DNA of 32,000 nt from Mycobacterium sp. (GCA_031292665.1 JARLGR010000143.1:1-32000), one strand, 5' to 3'; shown: positions 10,873 through 18,254, numbered from the stretch's first letter. Notes: generated by a model from the letters alone, not told the origin. A program made the numbers and translations.

Positions 10873-12309
10873 GTGTCGTTTGTGATCGCAGCGCCCGAAA
10901 TGGTGACGGATGCGGCGACGAATTTGGCGAGCATCGGTTCAGAGATCGGTGCGGCCAACGGGGCGGCAGCGGCGCCCACGACGGAAATACTTTCGGCCGG
11001 GGCCGACGAGGTGTCGACCGCCATCACGGCGATATTCTCCGACTACGCGTCGGCATATCAAGCGCTGATCGTCAAGGCCGCGGCCTTCCACGCGCAGTTC
11101 ATGCAGACCCTTAATGCGGGTGCGGGTTTGTACACGGCTACCGAGGCCGCCAACGCCAACCCACTGCAGATCCTCCAGCAAGACGTGCTGCGGCTCGTCA
11201 ACGCGCCGACCACGGCGTTGCTCGGTCGTCCGCTGATTGGCGACGGCGCCAACGGCGTGACCAGCGCGCAAGGAGCCGGGACGCCGGGTGGGGCCGGTGG
11301 CCTGCTGTGGGGAAACGGCGGGAACGGTGGGAACAGCACCGCTGCCGGAGTGCACGGCGGCGCCGGCGGATCGGCAGGCCTCGTGGGCAACGGTGGCAGC
11401 GGCGGGACGGGTGGCATGGGCGCGGTTGGCGGTGCCGGCGGCCGTGGCGGCCTGTTGTGGGGCGCCGCCGGGGCCACCGGCGCGGCTGGCACAGCCACGA
11501 TCCCGCTGCTGTTCCAAAACGTAGACCTGGTAGCAAACATCTCGGTGGGCAACGGTCCGAGTGTGCCGGTGATCGTTGACACCGGATCCAAGGGCCTGAT
11601 CCTCCCCCTCCAAGATGTCAACCTGCAGAGCTTGGGCGCGGCCACCGGGCGAGGCACCGTCACGTACGGCGAACCGGGGGATTACCTGACGGAGAGCTTC
11701 AACACCTATACGGCACCGGTGAATTTCGGAAATGGAATCGTCACTACGCCGACCACCATCGCCGTCGTCACCTCCGCGACCCTGAATGGCGCTCCGTATT
11801 CGCAGGCGCCTGCCATTTTGGGTATCGGTGTCAATTCAGGTGGTCCGGTGGCGACCAGCCCGGTGTCGGCATTGCCCGGCGGCTGGGGCCAGGGTGTGCT
11901 CATCAACGAACCCGGCGGCGTGATGGAGTTCGGCGCCAACCCGCTACCGGCCTACGCGTCGGTGACCGGAGCCCCGGTCACCACCCTCGATGTCAGCATC
12001 AACAACGGGGCTCTGCAACAGACCGGCAGCGCGTTCATCGATTCCGGTGGCTTATATGGAGCCGTCCCGTCGGCGCTGGGCCCTCCCCCCGACGGCAACG
12101 GATACGTGGCACCGGGAACCGGCATTTCCGTCTATACCACCTGCGGGACGTTGCTCTACACGACGACGACGGGTTCGCAACAGATGACCATTCTGCCGAG
12201 CGGCTCGTATGGGGCCGACTTCAACACCGGGGTCATTCCCTTCTTGGCTGATCCGATTTACCTCTCGTACAGCCCAAGTAGTTACGGGACAATGGTTTTC
12301 GATACCTGA
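10873..12309 (+). CDS. PE-family protein with a short PGRS linker and a C-terminal pepsin-like aspartic protease domain (PecA / PE_PGRS35 / PE_PGRS16 type)
   Basis: The GTG at 10873 sits 4 nt after GGAGG (10864-10868) and gives [48 protein letters not shown], a canonical PE domain. A Gly-rich linker follows, then [13 protein letters not shown] (Asp codon at 11578) and [10 protein letters not shown] (Asp codon at 12040), which are the two catalytic D(T/S)G motifs. The 13 upstream codons in the ORF track are rejected. Confidence 0.85.
   Translation: MSFVIAAPEMVTDAATNLASIGSEIGAANGAAAAPTTEILSAGADEVSTAITAIFSDYASAYQALIVKAAAFHAQFMQTLNAGAGLYTATEAANANPLQILQQDVLRLVNAPTTALLGRPLIGDGANGVTSAQGAGTPGGAGGLLWGNGGNGGNSTAAGVHGGAGGSAGLVGNGGSGGTGGMGAVGGAGGRGGLLWGAAGATGAAGTATIPLLFQNVDLVANISVGNGPSVPVIVDTGSKGLILPLQDVNLQSLGAATGRGTVTYGEPGDYLTESFNTYTAPVNFGNGIVTTPTTIAVVTSATLNGAPYSQAPAILGIGVNSGGPVATSPVSALPGGWGQGVLINEPGGVMEFGANPLPAYASVTGAPVTTLDVSINNGALQQTGSAFIDSGGLYGAVPSALGPPPDGNGYVAPGTGISVYTTCGTLLYTTTTGSQQMTILPSGSYGADFNTGVIPFLADPIYLSYSPSSYGTMVFDT
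11272..11492 (+). repeat. PGRS-type Gly-rich low-complexity coding repeat inside the PE gene
   Basis: [17 protein letters not shown]...[45 protein letters not shown]. The GG(x)GGLLWG element occurs twice. Confidence 0.7.
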
Positions 12310-12366
12310 GCCTGCGACGCGGCCGGATGCGCCGTGAAATCACGCCTCTTGGCAACGTTGCGGCCG

Positions 12367-12763
12367 TCAGTGCACCCCGATCTCGTCGCAGATCGGCGGG
12401 ATGATGATCAAGTTGCCGCGCGGGGTGCAGAAGGAAGGCGGGGCTGGCGGAGGCGGGGCGGGCGGCGGGGTGAGCATCGGGGGTGCAATGTCCGCCGAAA
12501 CGAAGCTTTGCAATGGATTTGCGTGAGTGTCCAACCATGAGCAAATTGCCCTCGCCGAACGGAACGTCATACCCCCATGTGTGGCAAACATCCACGTTCC
12601 ATCGAATGCCCTGGAACGGTAGCGCTTGACCTGGACACCAGTTGTGTGGCTGTGCGGGGAAAAGGGTCGGCGTGGACGGTGGCCGCGGCCATCCCCGAAC
12701 CCGCCATTACGGCTACAGCAGCGCCCCTGCGACGATCGTCTTGACAGTGCGCGTGTGTGACAT
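12367..12763 (-). pseudogene. Frameshifted paralog of the adjacent small secreted WCPG...CHTW protein
   Basis: The ATG at 12763 gives MSHTRTVKTIVAGALL*. A second frame continues AAVAVMAGSGMAAATVHADPFP. The first frame then resumes with AQPHNWCPGQALPFQGIRWNVDVCHTWGYDVPFGEGN. A third frame with very high GC3 carries the tail PPMLTPPPAPPPPAPPSFCTPRGNLIIIPPICDEIGVH*, ending at 12367. Joined together these read as a normal signal peptide plus the motifs of the intact neighbour. The 144-aa single-frame ORF in the track is Arg-rich in its first half and unconvincing there. Confidence 0.5.
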
Positions 12764-12976
12764 TTCCTGGCGTCCTTTACGGACGGCATCGCTGCTGGCA
12801 CTCACTATTCACCCGCACCGACTCCGCCACAATAGGTAGTTGGCTACTCGACTCGGTACAAGCGGGCGGTTAGCTACCGATCCCAAAGCGCATCGACCGC
12901 GCGCTGTCATGCCGCTATTGCAGCCGATGCGCTCGAAAGAGCCACTTCCCCGTCGTCGTGATCGCGCCTAGCTGAA

Positions 12977-13354
12977 TCAGCCGGTTGGTGGCCGACAGGG
13001 TTGCTGGGGGAAAAAGGGTGCGCACACCGGTTCAAAATACGGCGGGGGGTCAGGTCCGTCCCAGATATTGGATGTCCCACCCCCCTGCCAGGGAACGTTG
13101 CCTCGCCCGGCGACGGTAAACCAATAGGTGTGACAGACGCTCATGTCCCATGCCACCAGCGACGGTGGAAGGGGCGGGATACCCGGCATTTGGTGGTAGT
13201 ACTGACCAGGCACCGGTTGCCCTGGGCACCACTGAAACGGGCCTTGGGACTGAGGCTGTGCCCAAGCGGTATCCGGGGCCAGCTCCGAACCGGCCCACCC
13301 CAGACCGCCGGACGCCAGCGCAGTAATTGCTAGGCCTGCGATGAGTCGCCTCAT
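12977..13354 (-). CDS. Small secreted Pro/Trp/Cys-rich protein of unknown function
   Basis: From the ATG at 13354: MRRLIAGLAITALASGGLGWAGSELAPDTAWA (signal peptide, AxA site). Then QPQSQGPFQWCPGQPVPGQ...VAWDMSVCHTYWF...PVCAPFFPQQPCRPP, with 4 Cys. The ORF track starts 15 codons earlier, at 13399. Confidence 0.65.
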   Translation of the reverse strand: MRRLIAGLAITALASGGLGWAGSELAPDTAWAQPQSQGPFQWCPGQPVPGQYYHQMPGIPPLPPSLVAWDMSVCHTYWFTVAGRGNVPWQGGGTSNIWDGPDPPPYFEPVCAPFFPQQPCRPPTG

Positions 13355-13399
13355 AATTCTGGGATTATTGCCCTGCATGAGCCCGCTGTCCATAAACAA

Positions 13400-13575
13400 T
13401 TCGTAATCTTGACACTCGGTTCAAGGTTGGCCTTCTGTCGATGCTGTCGGGCCCTAAGACCGATCCGCACCAGGTATATGGGCCGCCATTGGGGCCGGCC
13501 TGAGGATTGCCGGCGGCCAATAAAAACTCGGGTGATTGCCAAGCCGCCAGAAATAGACAGCAACACTCCGGCCAT
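13400..13575 (-). pseudogene. Possible truncated third copy of the same secreted-protein family
   Basis: The ATG at 13575 gives MAGVLLSISGGLAITRVF. One frame over reads LLAAGNPQAGPNGGPYTWCGS, which resembles the GPFQWCPGQ region of the intact copy. Similarity then ends and no CHTW motif follows. Confidence 0.3.
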
Positions 13576-13765
13576 GACCAGCTTTACAGGCGATCGCGGT
13601 GTTCACGGTGCGATTTTGTTTTGGACGTCACGCTATCCGCCGCATCGAACTTCGCCTTCCCAGGCCCGGGATAGGGCGAATCACCTTGTGCGTGCGCCAT
13701 GGGTGCCCGGATGCACAACGTCTCGCACGCGACGAATGCGGCGCTGGCATTTCACCCTCGGCACG

Positions 13766-14152
13766 TCAGTGGCGAAGCTCAGCTAACCTCCACCCAAGCG
13801 GCGACAGGAAAGCGCCGGCCCACAGCAGCACCGTCAGCGCCTCGGCGCCGACGCTGATGGCCGCGTACGGCGATGGCTCCCATACCTGCTCGGAAAAGCC
13901 GAATAACCCGACGGTCCTCGACAGGACGAATGCGACCAGGGCGCCGCCCGCCACCGCGGCCCCGGCCCACTGCAGCCACCCCGGACCGCCGATGGCGATG
14001 AGCAGAGCGAGCGAAAACGACAGGCTGGCCTGCGTCAGGAAGGCGGTGCCGATCACCGGGATGTGTTGATAGCCATGGATGTAGAGGTATGCATGGCTGA
14101 TCGCGCTGACCGCCAACGACGCGGCCACGCCGAGCCGGAGCAAGGGTCTCAT
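13766..14152 (-). CDS. Small integral membrane protein (4 predicted TM helices), last gene of the ECF-sigma operon
   Basis: 128-aa ORF with four hydrophobic stretches (LGVAASLAVSAISHAYLY, VIGTAFLTQASLSFSLALLIAIG, LQWAGAAVAGGALVAFVL, AAISVGAEALTVLLWAGAFL). Its ATG overlaps the upstream stop in ATGA at 14149-14152. Confidence 0.7.
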   Translation of the reverse strand: MRPLLRLGVAASLAVSAISHAYLYIHGYQHIPVIGTAFLTQASLSFSLALLIAIGGPGWLQWAGAAVAGGALVAFVLSRTVGLFGFSEQVWEPSPYAAISVGAEALTVLLWAGAFLSPLGWRLAELRH

Positions 14153-15075
14153 TGCAGCGTGCTCTCTTTCAACGCCAGGGCGGACCGCCCCCTGGTGTAG
14201 TTCACCTCGCGAATACCCAAAGCGTCGCGCAGCTTGCCGGCCGGCAGCGTGACCGGCTTCGGCGCGGGCGCGTCACCGGGCCGGGGCAGCGGGTAGGCCG
14301 TCGTCGTGCCGCTGTAGAACGTCACGTTGCCTTCCGTCTTGGTAAACAGTTGGTGTACATGCCCATTGAGGCAGGTAACCGACGAGAATCGGCTCAGGTA
14401 GCTCAGCACCTGGGCGGCATCGTCGGTGCCCCAGCCCCAGTCCGGATACATCGCGAACAACGGAATGTGACTGAACACGATGACGGGCGTATCGCTCGAC
14501 AGCCGCGCGACGTCCTTGTGCACGAAGTCCAACTGGTCGACGCCCAGATGCCCCAGCTTCTTCAGGTTCAAGGTGTTCACCAGCGCGATCACGTGAACGC
14601 CGGCGACGTCAAAGCTGTACCAGCCGTCGCCGCGGGTTCCCGCGCCGAACACGCTCCGGTACTTCTGTCCCGCGTCGTCGACCGAATCGTGCTCGCCGGG
14701 CACCGCGAAGACATGCGGCGTCCGCAATGTGCTCAGCATCTGCTTCACCTGGTCGAACTGGTCGGGAGTGGCCAGGTGGGTGAGGTCGCCGGTGTGGATG
14801 ACGAAATCCGGCGTGTAGCCGAGGTTGTTGACGCGGTCGATGGCCCGGCCGAACGTGCCGGTGACATCCGGGTTCGGCGCGCCGGTGAAGCCGATATGGC
14901 TGTCACTGAGTTGGGCGAACCGCAGCGTGGGCCGCACGTGAGCGCGCTCGGCTGCCGCCGTGCCGGCGACATGGGAGATGACCTCGCCGCCGGCCACGGC
15001 CAACCCGACCGCCGCGCCGAACCACGCCGAGTGCCGGATGAGCTGGCGGCGCGTCATCGTGTCCGGGTCGGTCAT
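14149..15075 (-). CDS. Exported (Tat-signal) calcineurin-like metallophosphoesterase
   Basis: N-terminus MTRRQLIRHSAWFGAAVGLAVAGG carries a twin-arginine motif. The phosphoesterase motifs are LSDSHIG (DxH), IHTGDLTH (GDxxH), VPGEHD, FSHIP and LNGHVH. There is an ATGA overlap with the cupredoxin gene at 15072-15075. Confidence 0.85.
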   Translation of the reverse strand: MTDPDTMTRRQLIRHSAWFGAAVGLAVAGGEVISHVAGTAAAERAHVRPTLRFAQLSDSHIGFTGAPNPDVTGTFGRAIDRVNNLGYTPDFVIHTGDLTHLATPDQFDQVKQMLSTLRTPHVFAVPGEHDSVDDAGQKYRSVFGAGTRGDGWYSFDVAGVHVIALVNTLNLKKLGHLGVDQLDFVHKDVARLSSDTPVIVFSHIPLFAMYPDWGWGTDDAAQVLSYLSRFSSVTCLNGHVHQLFTKTEGNVTFYSGTTTAYPLPRPGDAPAPKPVTLPAGKLRDALGIREVNYTRGRSALALKESTLQ

Positions 15076-15527
15076 CCCGTCACCACCACGGTGCCGTGCA
15101 TCATCGGGTGAATCGAGCAGACGTAGTCGAACGTTCCCGCGGTCGGGAAGGCGTGCGAGTAGGTGGCGCCCGTGCCCATCCCGGGCGAGTGGAACGACCC
15201 GTCGGTCGCGGCGACCGTGTGCGGTTCCTCGTCGCGGTTGGTCCAGGTGACGGTGCCGCCCGCGCGGATCGACAGCGTCGCCGGGGCGAACGCGAAGTTG
15301 TCGATACTCACCGCGTCACCCGCGACCGCCACAGGCGACCCGGTTGCCGACGCCGCTGCGCCGGGCATCGACGGCATCCCGCTCATGCCCGGCATTCCGG
15401 GAGTTGCGCCGGCACCGAAGCTTACCGACGGCTGCGCAGCGGGGGGCGACGACGAGCATCCGGCCAGCAGCAGCGCGCTGACCGCCATCAATGCGACCGA
15501 ATGTTTTCGGAGCGTGGCACGATTCAT
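15072..15527 (-). CDS. Cupredoxin (amicyanin/plastocyanin-like type-1 copper) lipoprotein with a Met-rich linker
   Basis: Lipobox LLLAGCSSS and linker GATPGMPGMSGMPSMPGAAA. The copper ligand pattern is EEPHTV...YVCSIHPMMHG (His...Cys-x2-His-x2-Met, as in amicyanin). Confidence 0.85.
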   Translation of the reverse strand: MNRATLRKHSVALMAVSALLLAGCSSSPPAAQPSVSFGAGATPGMPGMSGMPSMPGAAASATGSPVAVAGDAVSIDNFAFAPATLSIRAGGTVTWTNRDEEPHTVAATDGSFHSPGMGTGATYSHAFPTAGTFDYVCSIHPMMHGTVVVTG

Positions 15528-15548
15528 GCCCAGAGATAGGGCGGCGGG

Positions 15549-16244
15549 TTACGCCGGTTCGTCGGGCCGCGGCGGCGCGAGCACCTCGATCGCCCCGTCG
15601 ACCTCGCGAACCATCAGCGTGGGCAACGGTTTTGGAGCGATCGGCAGCTGGTGGGTGAGCACGTGCCCCGTGGGCGAAAACGACGTCGAGTGGCAGGGGC
15701 AGCGCAGCCTGTCCTCGGGTGCGTCGAACCACAGCCGGCACCCCTGATGGGTGCACACCCCGGATACGGCCTCGAGCTTGCCATCGACGCGGCGGACGAA
15801 TCCGGTGAGCGACCCGAGGTCGAACGGATGCATGCGCCCGTCGGGCACTTGCGAGCTTGCCGCGACCTGCTGCCAGCTTCCGTCGTTGGGGGTGAGCTGC
15901 CCGGCGAGCGCGGGCGCCTCGCCCGGGTGGCCGATCACGGCCCGATCGATCGACACCGCGGCGACGGCGGCGGCCGCGGCGGCCGAGGTTCCGACGATGA
16001 CCTGGCGGCGCGTGCTGCTGTGCTTCGGCGGCACGTCCGGTGGCTCGTCGGACATCTGCTCGGCGAGGCGCCGCTGCAGATCGGTGAGGAATTCCGAGCG
16101 TGGCTCGTCACCGCCGGGCCGGGCCGCGCGCAGCTCGATCGCCGTTCGGATCTGCGCGGCCTCGAAATCGTCGGGCTCAAACGCCTTGGGTCGCCGCCCG
16201 GCCAACAGATCGTCGAGGTAGCGCCGTAAACCGCGCGCGTTCAT
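15549..16244 (-). CDS. Rieske [2Fe-2S] domain protein with an N-terminal cytoplasmic domain and an internal twin-arginine TM anchor; candidate anti-sigma factor
   Basis: CTHQGC-x12-CPCH is the Rieske CxH...CxxH motif. STRRQVIVGTSAAAAAAVAAVSI is an RR motif plus TM helix at about residue 77-100. Its ATG overlaps the stop of the ECF sigma gene in ATGA at 16241-16244. Confidence 0.8.
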   Translation of the reverse strand: MNARGLRRYLDDLLAGRRPKAFEPDDFEAAQIRTAIELRAARPGGDEPRSEFLTDLQRRLAEQMSDEPPDVPPKHSSTRRQVIVGTSAAAAAAVAAVSIDRAVIGHPGEAPALAGQLTPNDGSWQQVAASSQVPDGRMHPFDLGSLTGFVRRVDGKLEAVSGVCTHQGCRLWFDAPEDRLRCPCHSTSFSPTGHVLTHQLPIAPKPLPTLMVREVDGAIEVLAPPRPDEPA

Positions 16245-16789
16245 GGCCCGCCTCCATCGTTGACCTGCGCCGCCAGTCGCAGGGCGCGGTGTTGGAGCAC
16301 TTTGGCGTTGGCGACAGTGGTGCCGAGTTCCGCGGCCGACTCCTTGATCGAATTACCCTGCAGGAAGCGCAGTTCCAGTATCCGGCGATAGCGATCCGGC
16401 AGACGGTCAAGTACGTGGGCAACGCGCTGGGGCGCGGTGCCGATCGCCTCCTCGCTATCGGGTGGCTGCTCGATGTCCTCGATTGAGGTTATCTCCCGGC
16501 CGAGGGTCTCGCGCCAGTGCGCGGCCAGCACCGTCCGGGCGGTGGCGCGCAGGTACGCGCGCACCTCGCCGACGCTCGCGGTCAGGCGCAGCGGTCGCAG
16601 CGCGGCCAGAAACACCTCGGCGGTCAGATCCTCGGCGTCGGCCCGGTTGCCGACGCGCGCGAACAGCGTGCGGTACAGCCAGGACACGTTGTCCTGGTAC
16701 ACGGCCTCCCAGTCCGGGTAGCCAGTGTCGGGGACCGCGGGCACCGCGCGCAGCGGGCGCGGGCCGACGGGATCGTGGTGTGCCGTCAC
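16241..16789 (-). CDS. ECF-family (group 4) sigma-70 RNA polymerase sigma factor
   Basis: 182 aa. Region 2 is VYQDNVSWLYRTLFARVGNRADAEDLTAEVFLAAL and region 4 HTH is LPDRYRRILELRFLQGNSIKESAAELGTTVANAKVLQHRALRLAA. GGAGGGAGG lies just upstream of the GTG start. Confidence 0.9.
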   Translation of the reverse strand: MTAHHDPVGPRPLRAVPAVPDTGYPDWEAVYQDNVSWLYRTLFARVGNRADAEDLTAEVFLAALRPLRLTASVGEVRAYLRATARTVLAAHWRETLGREITSIEDIEQPPDSEEAIGTAPQRVAHVLDRLPDRYRRILELRFLQGNSIKESAAELGTTVANAKVLQHRALRLAAQVNDGGGP

Positions 16790-16823
16790 GTGCCTCCCTC
16801 CACCCGATCAATATCGGGCCGGG

Positions 16824-18236
16824 TTACACGGCCAAGAGCTGCTCCAGCTTGTCGGCGGTGGCCGAAAGCGCCGTCTTGGTCATGCTCAGTATCCGGTCGC
16901 GCACCCGTGGCTTCGCCGTCGCGGGCCCCAGCAGATGGCCCAGGAGGTGGCCGAAGAGGTCCAGGCGCGCGCCCGCCAGCCACTCGGTCAGCTCCGGGTC
17001 GTCGAGCCAGCGCAGCTGGTTCGTGTAGTCGGCGACGGTGTTGCGCGCCCAGTCGAGGTCGGTGTCGGGGTGCTCGACCGGCCGGCACAGCAGGTTCTTC
17101 ACCGAGTCGTCGGGGTAGGCCGCTTCGACGTGGGCGATCAGGGCCGCCCTGAACACCTGCTGGCATCCCCGCACACTCTGCAGCGTGATGCGCCCGGCAT
17201 CGAAAACCGGTGTCGCCGACACCTTTTCGGCCCCGTCGGCGGTGCAGTCGACATACAAGGCCGAGCCGCCCACCGCGACCTCGCCACCGTCGAGGACCAG
17301 CGTGCCGGGTTCGATCCGTCGCAGGCGCCCCATCCGCACGACGTCGGTGATTCGTCGCAGCTGCCCAAGCTCGGCCCGGGTGACGGTCGCGCAGCGGTAC
17401 ATGGTCGGCCTGACGGCGCGATCCAGCCGCAGCAGGACGCCGGCGTCCTCGAGCCGCGCGAACAGGTCCTCGAGCGACGTCGCGTCCCTAATCGCCCGCA
17501 GCTGCGCGGTGAAGTTGGCCTTGATCGCGGCGGCGAACAGCGGTCCGGGCTGGATCGTCGCGCGGTCCAGGAGCCAGGAATCCCGCGGCATAATCCAGGT
17601 CAGCCGGTCCGGAGCGATGCCCTGACCCAGCAGCCACAGGCAGGTGTCGATGCCCGTCCTACCGGCCCCGACGATCACGTAGCGCTCCTGCGCGGCCAGT
17701 CTCGGTAGGTTGTTCGGCGGCACGCAGAGAATTCCGGGCGCGACCTGGTAGGGCGGTGGACGCATGGCGGGCACGGTCACCCGCATGTAGGTGGCGTCGA
17801 CGATGCGGCGCGTCCCGGTGACGGTGTAGTCGGCCCCGGCCAGGGTGGTGAAGCGGCCGTCGCCGCGGTACTCGCTCATCGGGAAGTAGCTCACCTGTCC
17901 GGTCGGCAAGAGCTGCTGGCGCATGACGTGGTCGTAGTACGCGCAGACTTCACCGGCGGTCGCCAGCTCGAATAGGCCTTCGTTCCAACCCACTTGGTCG
18001 ATAGTTCCGCTCCCGAGGGCCCGCGAGTTGACACCGTAGAACGCCGATGGCTGATGCAGCCGCACGAACGGATACGCCATCGTCCAGTGCCCACCGGGCT
18101 GATGGCTGCGGTCGACGAGCACCACGCGCGCCGGTGTCGCTGAGGTCCCGGAAGTCTCAGTGACCAGCGTGTCGACGAACGCCATGCCCATGGCGCCCGC
18201 GCCGACCACCAGGTAGTCGGCCTCGATGGTGTGCAC
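16824..18236 (-). CDS. FAD/NAD(P)-binding oxidoreductase (two-dinucleotide-fold, flavin monooxygenase-like)
   Basis: Two GxGxxG motifs: DYLVVGAGAMGMAF near the N-terminus and YVIVGAGRTGIDT mid-protein. The ORF extends to 18320, but that would leave 2 bp to the divergent mmsA. The GTG at 18236 (VHTIEADYLVVGAG) is the more plausible start. The gene ends 34 nt upstream of the ECF sigma gene on the same strand. Confidence 0.8.
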   Translation of the reverse strand: MHTIEADYLVVGAGAMGMAFVDTLVTETSGTSATPARVVLVDRSHQPGGHWTMAYPFVRLHQPSAFYGVNSRALGSGTIDQVGWNEGLFELATAGEVCAYYDHVMRQQLLPTGQVSYFPMSEYRGDGRFTTLAGADYTVTGTRRIVDATYMRVTVPAMRPPPYQVAPGILCVPPNNLPRLAAQERYVIVGAGRTGIDTCLWLLGQGIAPDRLTWIMPRDSWLLDRATIQPGPLFAAAIKANFTAQLRAIRDATSLEDLFARLEDAGVLLRLDRAVRPTMYRCATVTRAELGQLRRITDVVRMGRLRRIEPGTLVLDGGEVAVGGSALYVDCTADGAEKVSATPVFDAGRITLQSVRGCQQVFRAALIAHVEAAYPDDSVKNLLCRPVEHPDTDLDWARNTVADYTNQLRWLDDPELTEWLAGARLDLFGHLLGHLLGPATAKPRVRDRILSMTKTALSATADKLEQLLAV

Positions 18237-18254
18237 CAGCCTGAGGCTAGCCGC

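Noticed and set aside
11272-11492. Gly-codon repeats considered as a possible non-coding tandem repeat or CRISPR-like array
   Set aside because: They are in frame within the PE gene, irregular in period, and encode a PGRS linker. No repeat-spacer architecture occurs anywhere in the window.
12367-12801. 144-aa single-frame ORF as an intact hypothetical protein
   Set aside because: Only its C-terminal third looks coding. The N-terminal two thirds are Arg/Ser/Cys-rich, while the family motifs (signal peptide, WCPGQ, CHTW) sit in other frames. It is better explained as a frameshifted pseudogene.
13409-13786. 125-aa plus-strand ORF (and 13599-14069) in the low-GC islet
   Set aside because: The translation is Arg/Cys/Trp-rich with no signal, TM or domain features. 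It overlaps the 3' end of the 4-TM gene on the opposite strand. Codon bias is weak.
16790-16900. Canonical ECF promoter (GGAAC-N16/17-CGTT) immediately upstream of the novel ECF sigma gene
   Set aside because: The best match is GTAACC-N15-CGGGT, which has a poor -10 and would place the TSS inside the Shine-Dalgarno sequence. It is not reported as a feature.
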